Notes: a model not told the origin generated them from the letters alone. A stretch of DNA of 64,000 bases from Selaginella moellendorffii (GCF_000143415.4 NW_003314296.1:1215858-1279857); one strand, 5' to 3'. Numbered from the stretch's first letter, positions 10,267 through 24,263 are shown. Numbers and translations are program-made.

Positions 10267-13264
10267 ATGCCGGCGAAGAGAAAGCGGCAGCGGGTAAGAT
10301 TTCCAGAGCTCCGGTTTTCGATTTCGCTGCATCGCATTCTTCTTCTCAGGATGGCCCGGCGCCAGTGCCGCTGCTTCCGCCAGAGATTCACGACGACGAC
10401 ATTGAGATTTCTGACGGAGATGTCGAGTTTGTGACCAAGAACAAAGGCTATGCGGGGTTCCTGAGTGGATTGGACACCAAAGGCATCACGAAGTGAGTTT
10501 TGAGTCCCCGGAATTTCGCAGAGTTTAATTCTTTGTGTTCCAGGCAAGTGCTGGGATTAAAGCCGGATTGGAATGGGGACAACCTCGAGAGATTCTACGA
10601 GAAGAAGGCAAAAGTTGCGGCAAACAAGGATTTTGACAATGCACTCACTGTTGATCCTGTGGATGCCTTGCCGATCAAAAACCCGGATGGGACGCTTGAG
10701 TATCGCAGGGTCGAGAAAGCAAAAGCAGTGCCTAGTACGGAGAAGAAGCAAGATGCAGACAAGAAAGAACAGCCGACCAAAACGAAACAAAAGGCTCAAG
10801 ACAAGAGTATCAAAGCAAAGAAAGAATCAAAACCCAGAGCGAAGGGGGCAGAGGTCGAACCTGATGTAAAGAAGCCGGCCTTGCAACCAGAAGTTCTGGT
10901 ATGTTTTGAGTTTCTCCTGCCGTTTTTTCTAACGAATTTCACCATCAGGAGGAGCTGCAGGAGTTCGTTTCCGTGGAAGAGAAACGCGGCCATATGAAGG
11001 AAAAAATAGCTAACCTTTCGACTGAGCTACTTTCGTGTCCCGAAGATTCAACTGGATCTTTGAAGGAGCTAATAAGCATTTGCTCGGACAAGGACGACAC
11101 TGTCAAGCACTTCGCGATGCTGTCGCTCATGGCAATCTTTCGCGACATTCTTCCCGGGTACTTGAATAGCAAATAATTTACGACATTTCATACCAACTCT
11201 AATTCGTTGCAGGATCTGTATAACAGTTATCGCATAAGACCGCCTACGGAGAAGGAGCTCGAGATGAAAGTGTCCAAGGAGGTCAAGCAAACAAGGGACT
11301 ATGAAGCTACTCTACTCAAATGTTACCAGGTTGGTTTTATAATTGTTCCTTCATTCACAGGCGCTGTTTGTCCAGGGGTACGTTCAAACACTCATAAGAG
11401 GGAGCTATACAGCGTCTGGTCGACATATAGCTTTGAAATGCATGTGTGGCCTTCTTGAAGCGGTTCCACATTTCAACTTTGGAGATAATTTACTTCGAGC
11501 TGTCGTCCCATTTTTGGATGCAAGTGATCCTGCTGAGAGGTATGTGTTCCGCCATTTTCTGCATACCTCCTGACGTTTCGTACAGGACTTTGGCATCCCT
11601 TGCATTGTGTTCTTTGTTTAAGAACGAGAGAAAACATGGCGGGGAAGCCACTGTGGAAGCTGTCCAGCTAATTGCTGACTATGTAAAAGAAAGCGATTGC
11701 AATGTTCAGCCCGACGTTTTACAGGCTAGTGTTTTTTGTTTCCATTTGCTCGGACTTTACTTGAGCCTATGTTTGTACTACAGGTTTTTCTGGCGCTAAC
11801 TTTTGACGAAAACATTGTTAATAAGAATGAGAAGGCCCTGCACAAGCCTAAATCCAAGTTCAAGCGCGAGGACAAAAAAGAGAAAAGAAATACTTCAGCT
11901 GATGATATTCGCAAAGAGGTAGCTTGTGGATGATTTTGCTCTCTTTTATGTTTTCATTTTGTAGGTGGAAGACGACTTTCGAGAAGCTTCAACATTGCCA
12001 GATGCCAAAGAACGAAGAAAGTTGCAAACTGCTACTTTGTCAGCGGTTTTCGAGACGTACTTTCGAGTCTTGAAGGCAGCTGTGGCACCTAGTACTGCCA
12101 CAGACAGCTCCAGTTCACTATGCAGCCATCCGTTGCTGGGAACTTGCCTTCAGGGCCTGCTGAAGTTCTCGCATCTCATAAGCGTCGACTTCCTTGGAGA
12201 TTTGCTTGCGGTTCTTCGGAAGCTGGCCGAAGGAAAATCAAGTGTGGAAGAGAGGCTCCAGTGCTGTGTTGCTGCCTTCAGAATCATGAAAGCAAATTTG
12301 GACGCTCTTACCGTGGATTTGAAGGAGTTTTATGTTCACTTCTACGACGTTCTTCTCCACCTGTATCCTGACAGGTAAAAATTACTCTTTTGTTTCTTTT
12401 TTATCATGGCTTGTTTGTGTGACAGGAATCTAGACAGTGAAAACAGTTTTGCTGAGGCTTTACAAGTTATTCTTTGTGAGAGTCGGCACCACGATTTGCA
12501 GAGAGTGGCTGCCTTTGTTAAAAGGCTTGCGGCTGTTTCCTTCCATTTTGGATCCAGCACCGCCATGGCTGGTAAGCAGCATTTCTCACTGCAAAATACA
12601 TTCATTTAACGAAGGTCTTCGAATTGCAGCATTGGTAATTATCAGGCATCTGCTTCTTCGCTACAAGAAATGCCGTAATCTTCTGGAAAACGACGGTGGT
12701 GGTGGAAATGCCATGGTAAGAACTTCGAGTTTCTTTCCTTTTCTTACAGATCTCCAGGTTTTCCACCTGAACGAGCCTGATCCCGATCTAAGTGGAGCCC
12801 TGTCGTCCGTCCTGTGGGAGCTCGCGCTGCTTCAAAGCCACTACAATCCGGAAGTCGCCAAGCTATCCCAACAGATTGCTGGCACTCTAGCATCCGAGAA
12901 CTTCTCCGTGGTCATGTCACCCAAGGACGCCACGGCCGCGTACTCGACACAACAAGGCGGCTTTCGCCCGGCCGTGAAGCTCCCGCCCTCCAAGCTCGTG
13001 AAGAAGAGCTCATACAAATCGCGGCAAGCTCCAAGTTCGCTCCTGGATTCTGTAGAGGACAGCGAGAACGCTGTGGACTTTAGAGGCTACTTTCGATTGC
13101 TGCGGGACATAACCGAGAACCAAGCGCTCAGGAAAGAGCTCGTCAAGAGCAAGACGATGGTGGAAATGTATGCGCGATATAAGAGTGAGAAACGCATCGC
13201 AGCAGCCGGGAAGAAATCGAAGACAAAGGGGCCAAGGAAGATCAACAAGAAGATCAAAGCTTAG
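10267..13264 (+). CDS. NOC3: Nucleolar complex protein 3 (NOC3/CBF domain), spliced
   Basis: LPIKNPDG, LSLMAIFRDILPGYRIRP, KVSKEVKQTRDYEATLL, PHFNF, RVAAFVKRL, LWELALLQSHYNP. Confidence 0.92.
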
Positions 13265-13428
13265 AACGAGGAAAGATCGATTTTTATAAGGAGTAAAATG
13301 GAAGACGCAAAGAAGATCTAGTGAATCAAAGTTTAGTATGCTTATAGGCATAGAAAAGAAATTAGGGCAAAAGACGCGTTGCGAGGCGGAGGGGCGATCG
13401 ATCGATCGATCTCGCGGGCGCGGCGAAG

Positions 13429-14046
13429 ATGAGCTCCAAGAGGTTAGTGGAACAGGTGATGGAGCTCAAGATCACATCCAAGACGCTGGCGCGCCAGGCG
13501 CGCAAGTGCGAGAAGGAGGAGAGGGCCGAGAAGCTCAAGGTGAAGAAGGCGATCGAGAAGGGCAACATGGACGGCGCCCGGATCTACGCCGAGAACGCCA
13601 TCCGCAAGCGCTCGGAGCAGCTGAATTACCTGCGCCTCTCCTCGCGCCTCGACGCCGTGGTGGCGCGCCTCGACACCCAGGCCAAGATGATGACCATCAA
13701 CAAATCCATGACCTCGATCGTCCGCGCGCTCGACACCGCGCTGGCCTCCAACAATCTCCAGAAGATCTCCGAGACCATGGATCAGTTCGAGCGGCAGTTC
13801 GTCAACATGGAGGTCCAGTCGGAGTTCGTGGAGACCGCCATGGCCGGGAGCACATCGCTGTCCACGCCCGAGGATCAAGTGAACACTCTGATGCAGCAAG
13901 TGGCCGACGACTATGGATTGGAGGTGTCGGTGGGATTGCCCCAGGCCGCCTCCCACACCGTGCCGCCCATCAAGGAGGCGGCGATCGATCAGGCTGACGA
14001 GAACGATCTTAGCCGCCGGCTCGCGGAGCTCAAGAGCCGGAGCTGA
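13429..14046 (+). CDS. CHMP1: ESCRT-III-associated CHMP1/VPS46 (Snf7 family)
   Basis: [24 protein letters not shown]...MDQFERQF...TPEDQV...[10 protein letters not shown] (MIM1 tail); 205 aa. Confidence 0.96.
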   Translation: MSSKRLVEQVMELKITSKTLARQARKCEKEERAEKLKVKKAIEKGNMDGARIYAENAIRKRSEQLNYLRLSSRLDAVVARLDTQAKMMTINKSMTSIVRALDTALASNNLQKISETMDQFERQFVNMEVQSEFVETAMAGSTSLSTPEDQVNTLMQQVADDYGLEVSVGLPQAASHTVPPIKEAAIDQADENDLSRRLAELKSRS

Positions 14047-14553
14047 TCGATTCGCTCGGCTGGTGTATGTGTCGATCGATCGAGCCGAGCGAGCGAGCGG
14101 GTGGTCGGTCGATCAATCGGTGCCGGGATGGATCGATTGGTGATTTTCGGGAAGAAAGTAACGGGAAGGAGAAGAATCATATGGCTTGTAAAGATTCTCT
14201 GTGGAATATGCTTTTTAATTTAACCACGTTATTAAGTATGACTTTTAGGGTTTCCAGCTTTTAGGATTGAAAGCCCTAATTTTGAATTTTGGGCGCCAAG
14301 TAATGACACTTCCAGCATAACAAATACATACGTTGCGTATTAATATACAGGGGAATGTAGGCCGGGGAAGTAAAAATGGCAAGTATAGCAGGGGAATGAC
14401 GCGATATTTACGTCGTCAACCGCAAATATCAGGTGGAAACACATATAGGCGGCGCTCTTTTCTTTCATTCCTCCATTTCTCCAGCTCCTGCTGTGCGAGC
14501 AAAGCGATCCCTCTCTTTTCTTTGGCCTGTTCTTGGCTATCGATCCATCCCGG

Positions 14554-15390
14554 ATGTCTGAGTCTGAATCTCAAGAGCGCCAGCAGCAGCAGGAGCTCAT
14601 ACTTGGAACACCGGAGTATATCTTTCTTTGCTTTCGTTTTGCTGTTTGCAAGCACTGATCGTTCTTGTGCAAGGTCGCAAAGAAGGCATCGCTTCCTCCG
14701 TGCCAGAGCCGCCATCGCCGCCAGGGCCGGCGAGGCCCGCGCAGCCGCGATGGCGGCCAAATGAGGAACAGCTCGCCATCCTGGAAGATTTCTACAAGCA
14801 AGGGACGCCGACATCGCAGGAAAACATCGACACAATCACAGAGCTCCTCAGACACCGCGGCCCGGCGGAACTTAACAAAGTTTACTCTTGGTTTCAGAAT
14901 AAGAAGAGCCGCGACAAGCGCAAGCGCCGTCGCATCGAGGAGGGCGCGGGCACCTCCGGCTCCTTCGCCATCGCCACCACCGTCGCTTTCCAGTCCTCCG
15001 CCGCTTCATCTGGTAAACTTTCCTCCTGGATGCGAGAACAAAAGAAGAGAAGAACAAGAAAAAAAAACATGAGAGATTTTTCTTCTTGTAGATAGAAAGG
15101 TCTCTGGACTGCGCAACATCTTTGCTTTGATATTCTAAAAACGGGCCAGGGTCGGAGCAATTTCAATCCCTCGATGGCGCGGCGCTCTCGCCACTCCAGC
15201 CCGCTCATGTAAGGAAGACGGAGGAGGGATATGCCTTACCGTGAACAACTCTCTCTCTCTCTTTTCAAAAGTAACTTGGTGTTTCTAGATTTGGCCGATT
15301 CCGCCGGCAGTGACAAAAAGAGGAATCGGAGATCGGTCGCGGCTTCGCCAACCTGGACGATGTTTTCTGATCCATGCCAGTTCTTGTTAA
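14554..15390 (+). CDS. WOX: WUSCHEL-related homeobox (WOX-like) protein; homeodomain ~14740-14935, gene ends uncertain
   Basis: PRWRPNEEQLAILEDFYKQGTPTSQENIDTITELLRHRGPAELNKVYSWFQNKKSRDKRKRR follows the WOX RWxPxxEQ...ITxxLxxxG...WFQN pattern. Confidence 0.8.
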
Positions 15391-18096
15391 TTGATTTGTG
15401 TGTCCCCTGCATTGAACAATGAAGAACTGTTTTAGATTTTGAACCGTTCTCAGAGATCTTCAAGAATTCTTCTCCTGGCCATGACAGCTGTAATTCCTCA
15501 TCTTTACGTTTGAAGAGTTTCAGGTATTTCTCTCTTGTGATTGTTATGTGATGAATTTACAATGATCAACGGGACTTCCATAGAATGTTGTATCGTCCCA
15601 GTAATGCAAGGATGGACGCTCGTTTGCTCTTTCTCGCTCGTTGAGGATATAATGGTTTTATGGCGACTATGATCCGACTCAAGTAGTGAATGCTCAGTTT
15701 ATGTATGGCTCGTCAGATACTGATCCGTGTGAGGTATCTAACTAGATTTTGAAGCCAGGAGAGGATATGAAGTGGCTTCTTTCAGACAAGCCATTGGATC
15801 TGGAGACTGAGTTAGCTCTCGGCTTTCTCGAGCTGTATCATCATGTCTTTCAAAACTAGAGTCCTCAAGGCCATATTCATGGTTGCTGGAAAAATCTAAC
15901 ACTGCCTATAAATTCGTGTAGGTTGAGAAATACCAGTGACTATTCGTCCAAACGACTCAACATGGAAGCATATATAACTCTTGCCAACACGGAACACTTT
16001 ACTGTTTCGAAGCTCTCCTTGACAAAACGATAATAACAAACTGATGAAAAACCATCAGTGTTTAGTTTTTTACGTGTCCAGGGGAATTCTTTTACTGTGC
16101 TCTAGTAGAACTTAACTCTTCGATCGCACTGAAATTACTCAAAATTTGTTCGTGAGAAAAAGGCCCAAAAGGTTGCCTCATGTGAATAACTGTTTTTCTG
16201 GATCTTTGTAACTCTTCCTCGCATTTGCGCTGGCAACCTCAGAGATTTCAAAGCGTTCGCAGACGGAGGACGTCAAAGAGAAGGGCATCGTCGCGGGCTG
16301 TCTCCATGTATCGAGAATATCATTTTATTAGTGTTCTCTCCGTTATACGGAGGAATTGCAAAGGAAAACCTCAACGACATGCAAGGACCAGATTCTCCAC
16401 CTTATATCAAGCCGCACAACATCCTCCTGGAATTCCGATACCTCAGCCTCAAATTTCTTGGCACGAGCTTTGGAGAACTCTGCCAAAAACCTGAACAGTG
16501 AAGCCTACATCTCCTCGTACTTGTAATTCACATGGGACCGATCCATGATCCTCAGAGAGTTCTCAAATTGGTGAAAGCTTTTGTCTTGTAAGACTTCCAG
16601 TCACTGCGGCTCCAAAAACAACATTGGCAGCAGTAATGTAAGCCGATGATCTAGATTTCTTTATCCAACAGCAGAGATCATCCCAAGCCGATGGTGGATG
16701 ATTTAGTTTGCATCCAAGCTTGGGATTGCTCACAGGACATGCAATCTCAGGATTTCGACGATCTGCATAACATTGATTTAACGTTCGCTTCATTGACTTG
16801 GGACTGCACTGCTCCATTCAGACTCTGAAGTATGGACAAGATCAGGCAATTCCTCTGCTCAGCGTTGCTTCCCCTCTCTTTGATGGCAGGTGGTCCAGAG
16901 CTGTGAATCCAGATTTATGATAATGGGCTTGTTTTGAAAGGCACTAAAACCATTTTAAGGATGAAATATATGTAAGACGCTTTTTGAGTTGCATATATTA
17001 TTTTTTGAATAATTTTTTTTTTACTTTATTCTTCTTGACTTCTATGTGATTCCCTAGCAAAATTTAAAAGGTTCTTAAAATCCTGCCAATTGGCTGAGTT
17101 TTCTCCACCTCAGCTGCCACATGGATCAAACCGTTTTTTGTATATAGCAATTTGCAAGCTATAAAGAGACAGAGAGAAAACACACTTCTTGGATTAAATG
17201 CTTCAATTGTAAATTCGAACAACTTGTAAAAAGGGAATCTTTGTGTTGATCACGACTAGTTGTGAAAACACAATGATCCCAAGTGGTGTACATGGCAAAC
17301 AGCCATAGACTAGCAATGTTCCCAAGCACCTCTGGGAGTCAGAGAGAGTTAAAAGGCTTTCTGTCACGGACAAGAAGTTAGGAGTGAGAAAGAATCATTG
17401 GAGAAGTTATGCATGACATTTCCCTGGTGGTGCAAGATTGTGAGCAGCAATTCTACTGCAAGAAGGTCCCTAAGAGTAGCTCAAGAGCAGCTAGGGCAAG
17501 AGGAGGAAGAAGGAACAGCACGTTACACCATATGGATTAGAATTAAGTTGGACTGTTTGCCCCACCCTGGACAATACAAACTGGAAGATAGTGATGATGA
17601 GACAAGCTCTTTGTCATCACTTTGTGTCCATTTCAAAGCTGATCATGCATGAGTTTTTTTGACACAAATGATCACTAGATCTGGTGTGAGCCATTCACAC
17701 AATCTACGAAGTTAAAAAAGAATCTTTTTTGGCTCTCTCGTGCATTTAAATGGAGAAGAAAAGAAATTTCATATAACTTTGACTCGGTTTTATATTGTCT
17801 CTCTCGTACTCCGCGAGTTTTTAGCCTTTCTTTAGATACTGCTCTTGAAAATCTCATCACAACTAATCACACTTGCGACTTTTAGGGCTTGTATAGTATA
17901 TTCGCTTTAGACCTTTTAGGGTTTTGTCTTTCCCGCCGAGCGTTTTCCCTGCCGCGGCGATCGGCCTTCTTTTTCTTCCGCCCATTCGATCAAGAAATGC
18001 GATCGCTCCCGAGGTTTCGATCTCAGGTATCGCATTTCTCATCTTGTCGATCGGGCTTCGAGCTTCTTCTCGCGAGCGAAGCCGCTGGTGGTGGCA

Positions 18097-21000
18097 ATGG
18101 CGATGAAGATTGCCCTGCTGTACATCCTTGCGTCACGCTTCTTCATCGACCCTGTCATTGTAAGCTAGTCGATTCTATCCTTCCTCTTTTCTCATATTTT
18201 GTTCTTCGATTCAGGCGCTCGCGCTCCTTTCAAGAAATCAAAGGGACGCGTTGTGCACTATAGGGAGCACCTGTGAGTCTTTACCTCCTCTCGATCTAGC
18301 TGTGGATTACGACTCCGATCACTTTTGGGTCCCCTTGTCTTGGAACCCATGCAGCAACGAATGTGGAGGTGGAACACAGGTAATGAACTACACGCTCTCT
18401 CATCCTCTAGCTTGTTTTCTCTTGACTTCTTAACGTTTCTATTCTAGACGGCAGCGCTGGGTTGCTATGCTAGCAACATGACGAGAGTTTCTTCATCGAT
18501 CTGTGAAGATCTACCGAAGTTAAATGTCGAACAGGTATGCATTGCTTGCTTCTTCTGCTGTACGTGAAATCTTCTACACTTTTTCTTCGTAGCCATGCAA
18601 TGCCATCGAGTGTCCAAGCTATACGGTGTACAGATCACCATGGAGCGAGTGTAGCAGAACTTGTGGAACGGGATATCAGACCAGGTATGTGCTTGGTTTG
18701 ACGAGGCTTCGTTTACGTACAGGTTTCTGCAGAGAAGTTCTTTGCCATGACAACCTTGGCTCGCTCGTTCATTCCCAGCATTGCGATCTAGAAGAAAGCT
18801 ATGTAGAGTCACAGCTATGCAATACTGATGCTTGTGAAGCCAGCTACTGGACCCTTCCAGCTTGGAGCGCGTGCGATGCGCCGTGCGGTGGTGGAAGGCA
18901 GAAGAGAATTCCCACTTGTCATTCTACTCGAACAGAAGTATCCATATGCACTGGAGAGCGGCCAAAAACAGAACAAATGTGCAACACTCAGGTATATTGT
19001 GTAGAGAGTGACTTTGATTTCCTTTTCTTTCTTTTAAACAGGCTTGCAGCACGCATGCCTGGCTCGTCGGCCCATGGAAATCATGTCCTTACGAGTGCGA
19101 AGCTACCACAGACCGCCTTGTACAGGTTTTACAATTTTTTTTGTTTTTCTTTCGTGTGACACCTCCTTTCAGTGTGTCGACGGCTATGGATTTGAACAAC
19201 CTGACTCTGAGTGCCCAGGGAGCAAGCCAGCAAGCACTATTTCATGTGATCAACCCCACATCAGTTGCAGCGACTGCCTGTACGATTGTTTTGGTCATGG
19301 TGTTTGTAAGGTATGTACTGCAGTATAACGTTTTCAATGTCTCGTGTCACTGGATCTTTCTGTTTGTTTCCAGCCTGATCAATGCTCTTGTTATGATGGC
19401 TGGACTGGCAAGTATTGCCAGACACCTAGCAATTGCCATGGTTTCTTGGGATATTCTGAACAAGCCAAAGCTCGATGTTGCCACTTGGTGGATGTCAATC
19501 AAAGATGCTGTAGCACCGCAGCTTCTCTAGACAAGGTAGGCACCTTATCTGGTGTGCGCTTTTAAAGTTTTTGTTGATATTTTATCTACCTTCTTACAAG
19601 GTTTCAGGATGGAAACTGCTGTGCAAGCGGTGTACTCGACAGTCTTGGTGTCTGTGACGGTGTTGCAACGTAAGTGCGTCAGAAGTTCTAGCTTCAACGG
19701 TTAATTCTCTCTGTGCCTGCAGGATGATAGATTTTGAAGGAAAGCCATGCTCTACGATTCGAGATGAGAAAGGACTCTGCTGTATTAGCGGAGTTTTAGA
19801 TGAATGCCATATTTGCGATGGCGATGGTACAACCTGCTCAACGGATATGACCCTCTACTTGAACGTTACCGGATCCGCTCAAGCAATCCAGGAAGACGCA
19901 TTTCAGAAGTTTCTTATCGCTACAATGAGCAGAGTGAGTTTTCCCGTCCTGTTTGTTTTCACAGGTAGTTGACATCACGTTTATTTTTGCAGTTGGCATC
20001 TAAGCTACGTATAGCCGATGAAGCTTTAACAGTAGCAGAAGTTCGAATGATCAGCTCAAAAGGTGAAACATGCGCCGTTGATGCACTACAGGACAGTCTT
20101 TGCTCGCAAGACGAGCAGATAAACGGCCTTGCAGTTGTCAATGCTACTGTTTTTCCTACCAGTGTAAGTTTCAATCTTCTTTTTACTACTGCTGTATATG
20201 TCGTACATTTTTACAGCCGGATATGGTGATCAAGAAAAGAAAAGATGTGCTCGCTGCACTTCAACCCGGTCCGTTATCTTCCTCCCTCACTGTTCTTCCT
20301 GAGGTAACGTCTCTCAGTTCTGCTTTGTTGGTAACTCCTTTTGCCTGCTTCCATTTTGCAGGCTTTGAGTGCGGATTTATTGTTTGTAGGGGACGTAAGA
20401 AGAGCCGGTGTTTGCGGCAATGGCTTGTGTGAAAGGGGTGAGAGATGTACCAGCGTCGGCGCAAGTGCTACCACTTTCAGAACGTCCTGCTGCCTTCAGG
20501 ATTGTCCGTATGTGTCAGCTGTGTGTCCGGCTCCAATGGCTGGTCCGATGAAGAACAAAACTTGCTCCGGGAGGGGCATTTGCCTGGAGGCGTCTGGACA
20601 ATGCGATTGTTTCCGAGGTATGTTTACTGGGATTTTCATGTCTTCATTCCTTGAAACGTCTTTGCTTTCTTCAGGCTATGCTGGATCCGATTGCTCCATA
20701 TGTGCCTGGGGATGGATACAAACGCCGTCCGGTGCATGTGTTATGCTTCCGGATCCCCATTCTTTGTCGAAGCTGGTTGCAGCATACAAGGAGCAAAAAC
20801 CGAAGCCTGCTCCAACTCATCGCCATCGGAAAGGCAATGACGCATCTGGAACGGTCATTCTCCTTGCCCTGTGCGGGGTTTGTCTAGCGCTGCTGCTGCT
20901 CCTGATTGTAGCCGAGCACCACCAGCAACGTAGGGTGGAAGTTCATCCGGAACCTGCGATTGATCCTCCAGGTACTTGTTTCACTTTCTTTCAGTCATGA

Positions 21001-21560
21001 GAAAGGCAAGTTTTTCTTTCTTCGCTGCTTACAGCCGACGGCGGAGAGCGAGCAGCTACAAAATGGAGATCATCGTATCTCGGACCACACTCGGAGTACG
21101 ATGTCATTCCTATCACTCCAAGGCCTCCGACACAAACAATGGAAACAGTAGAGACACCACCCTCGCAAGTTTTGCCAGGTACCTTGTCAGCTTAGATGCA
21201 TCATCTCCTTTCTCATGCTTTCTCTTGCCAGCAGGCGAGTCTTCGCGACGGTGGTCTTCTCGGAGATCGTTCTTTGGTGGAAAGGATGGAACCGGAGGCG
21301 GCAGCAGCAAGAGAAGCTTTCGCGACGGCTCTCCTTCGGAGCTGGAGCTCCAGTCGGGCCCAAACTTGGTCACCACGGGCGAGGATCTGACCGAGGAGGA
21401 GCAGGCCAAGATGAGCGAGCGAGTGAGGAAGGAGCTGCGAGGATCCAGAAGCGCCAAGTTCGTCACTGGCTATCTCACCGACTCGGAGGACTCGGACGGC
21501 GGCGACGAGCACAACACTCACTGCTGCACTCCAGACTCCCCCGCCATTGTTCGAACGTAA
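18097..21560 (+). CDS. Multi-exon type I membrane protein with four thrombospondin type 1 repeats, EGF-like domains and Cys-rich repeats
   Basis: N-terminal hydrophobic leader; TSRs WVPLSWNPCSNECGGGTQ, WSECSRTCGTGYQTR, WTLPAWSACDAPCGGGRQKR, WLVGPWKSC; EGFs CFGHGVC..CSCYDGWTGKYC and CSGRGIC..GQCDCFRGYAGSDC; TM VILLALCGVCLALLLLLIVA. Joined by short GT-AG introns. Confidence 0.85.
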
Positions 21561-21784
21561 TATATTCCAAGCATAAGGCAGGCATATTCTGTCACTAACA
21601 GGCATATTCACGAGCTATGGTGTGAATATTCTGTCACTAAAGTATATTCTGTCGGACAGAATTTTGGAGACTTCTCTGTTTCCTATTTCGCAGCCGTGTA
21701 ACAAAACACTTGTCGTGAGAGTTCAAGCTCGAAGACTCAAGATCATGCTCACGATGAATCGCTTTAATAGAGATTTTTTTTTCC

Positions 21785-22224
21785 TTACGCACTTCTCAAG
21801 GGAGGCGATACCAAGATCACTCCATCGCCCCTCACAAACAAGTATGGAACCTGTCGCTTTGTCGTCTGGAAAGGCGGGAATGGTTATAGAGCGAGTATGG
21901 AGTCCTCCAAATCGAATAGCGTCTCTCTTACCTTGACAATCTCCTCGTAAGTCTCGTCGTCAATCTCCGTGGTGGTCACGACCTCCTCCACTTCTCCCAG
22001 GATCATGTTTAAATGCTGGTCATAGGCCTGGAAAACAAAGACCCACAACTCAGATGAGTCCCTTCCCGAAGTATAACTTTGATGGATGAAAATCTATGGA
22101 AACTTACATGTAGCTTGCCGCGGAGCTCTCTATCGGCGCGCAGCTTGACGTAGATCCGCTCGTCCAGGCTGAGCCGGATGAGATCAAGCGGCTCCTTGAC
22201 AGCGCCGTCCTCTTCACTGGCCAT
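21785..22224 (-). CDS. LSM3: Sm-like protein LSM3 (3 exons)
   Basis: [28 protein letters not shown] | [15 protein letters not shown] | [21 protein letters not shown]. Confidence 0.96.
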
Positions 22225-22333
22225 TTCCCCCTGAGAGCTTTAGGGCTACTACTCTAGAATATTCACGGAATAATCATCCCGTACCACGTACGGCGAGACA
22301 CTTCATACGCTCTGTAACTTCACAAAGAAAATC

Positions 22334-24263
22334 TCACGGCTCCGTTGTTCTATCAATGTCGGCCGAGTACGTGTCGATCAGCACCTCCCTCTCGTTTGGA
22401 ACAGTCTCGACCACGGTGGTGGGCTTGGATTGCACGTCCTCGGATTTCACAGCCTCTTCCTGCTGCTGCTCGGCGTCTGGATTCGAGGCGCGCTCGCTGC
22501 TGCTCTCGCCGGGGTTTGCCTCGTGATGACGATTCTCTTCTGGAGCAGCAGCCTCTAGTCCAGCATCGCCATTCTCTTGAGGCCTGGATGGAGCAACGCA
22601 AACGAGTTAAGAAGACAACTTTAGAACGAAGAGCTCTGGTACCTTGCGTGAGAGAACCCTTCGCTGATCATCTTCTCTTTGCTGACCTTCTGCTCGCCAG
22701 CGGCGGCGGCGGAGGCAGCGGCGGCCGCATCACTCGCGGCGGCTCCTTGGCGGATTCTGGCCGCCTCCATAAGCAGCATTTGCTCCCTCGCCTTTGCAAG
22801 CTCTTTCTGCCACCTCTGCGCCTCCACAAGAGCCTCGTCTCGCTCTCTCATCACAGCGGCGTACCGTTCTTCTCCTGCCTTGAGCTTTAGCCACACCGGA
22901 CGTTACGATCTTGTGAGTTCCAGCAGAAGAAAAGGAGTACCTGAAGCCGTGCAACTTTTGTTCGATCGTCGAGCTCCTTGAGAGCGCGGTCTGCTTCTGC
23001 TCTCGCTGCTTTTCTTTCTTTGTCCATGGCGTGCGCAGCTCGAGCCGCAGCCTCGGCAGCATCGGCTGTTTCGGACAGACGATCCGCGAGCTCCTTGATC
23101 GTCACATCCCGTGTTCTCAGTTCTCTGGATAGCTGATGGAGCTCTTCATCCTTGACTCTCAAAGTTTCCTGGAAGAAATACACGAGATTTGTAGAAAGCA
23201 AAATGGAGATCATCACTACACGCACCTTCATAATGGAAACATTGTCCATACCACCGTCACCACTGGCGGTCTGCGATGATTTCCCACTGAGGGTAGCCTT
23301 GATGGACGTTTGCATTTCCGAGGCAATGTCTTTCGCCGCTTCCTTAGCGACTGTGTTTGCTGCTGTGACAACAGCAGCTACTGTTCCTAGCTTTGCCGCA
23401 CCATTTCCACTCAGCGAGTTGACAGCCTCTTTGTGAGCTTTCAACACCAAAGATGATGCCCTGTCCATGCATTACTGTCACAATGGTAGAGTGGAAAGAC
23501 GATATTGGCTTACCTCAAGGTGGCCACCCAAGCTCTTGCAACAGCCTGACTCTCAGCACAGAGATAGTATTCCTTCTTATGTGGTGTACCAATATCTGAT
23601 CACTAGTTCAGGCCAAGAAAGCTAAAGAATTCTATAGTCGTGAAAAGGATACAAAAGCAGCAACCATCGTACTTCTTCGCACCGCTGAAGAACAAGAAGA
23701 AAAATATCAAAATGAGAAGAAGAACCAACAGAACAATGTTTTGGAAAGACAAAGCTTACTGAAAGTTTATAGGAGACAAAGTGATGGTACTATCAGCATC
23801 GAAGTAAATTTGTCCTCGTGACGACAGATCTCCTCGATCCAGCCTGAAAAATCTCCACTTTAGCAAAGAATTGCAACAAAAATCGCAAAGTACCTGTACT
23901 CCATCTTTCCTGTTGCTGGATCCAATGTGAACCATCGTTGGTTCCACTTACGCAACTGGAATAACAAAACTTTAGTGATCCTTTTTGTCTCTCACAGCGC
24001 GAATCCAATCCACTCGGCTCTTACTGTCTCGGAGCGCTTGAAAAGTGGCCCTTGCAGAGCGGAATTCCCAGAGCCAGCGCTCAATTGCTTCTTGATCTTC
24101 TCCAAGCTAGATTTCGAGTCGGCAGCTGATAGCTGCCGCTGCTGATCGTCTCCTCCCAGCTGGAACACACAGATCGCATGAAATTCCTAAGAATGCTGGC
24201 CAGAAACACTACCGATTCCATCAGCCTCGCATCCCGCAGGGCAACATCGGGCAGAAGATCCAT
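22334..24263 (-). CDS. SWAP70: PH-domain plus coiled-coil protein, plant SWAP70-like
   Basis: SLEKIKKQL..GSG..LQGPLFKRSET, RWFTLDPATGKMEY, FYIGTPHKKEYYLCAE, LVLKAHKEAVNSLSGNG, ETLRVKDEEL coiled coil. Confidence 0.85.

Noticed and set aside
15900-17700. Short ORFs between the WOX and TSP1 genes
   Set aside because: No recognisable motifs or consistent splice pattern; may be decayed fragments.
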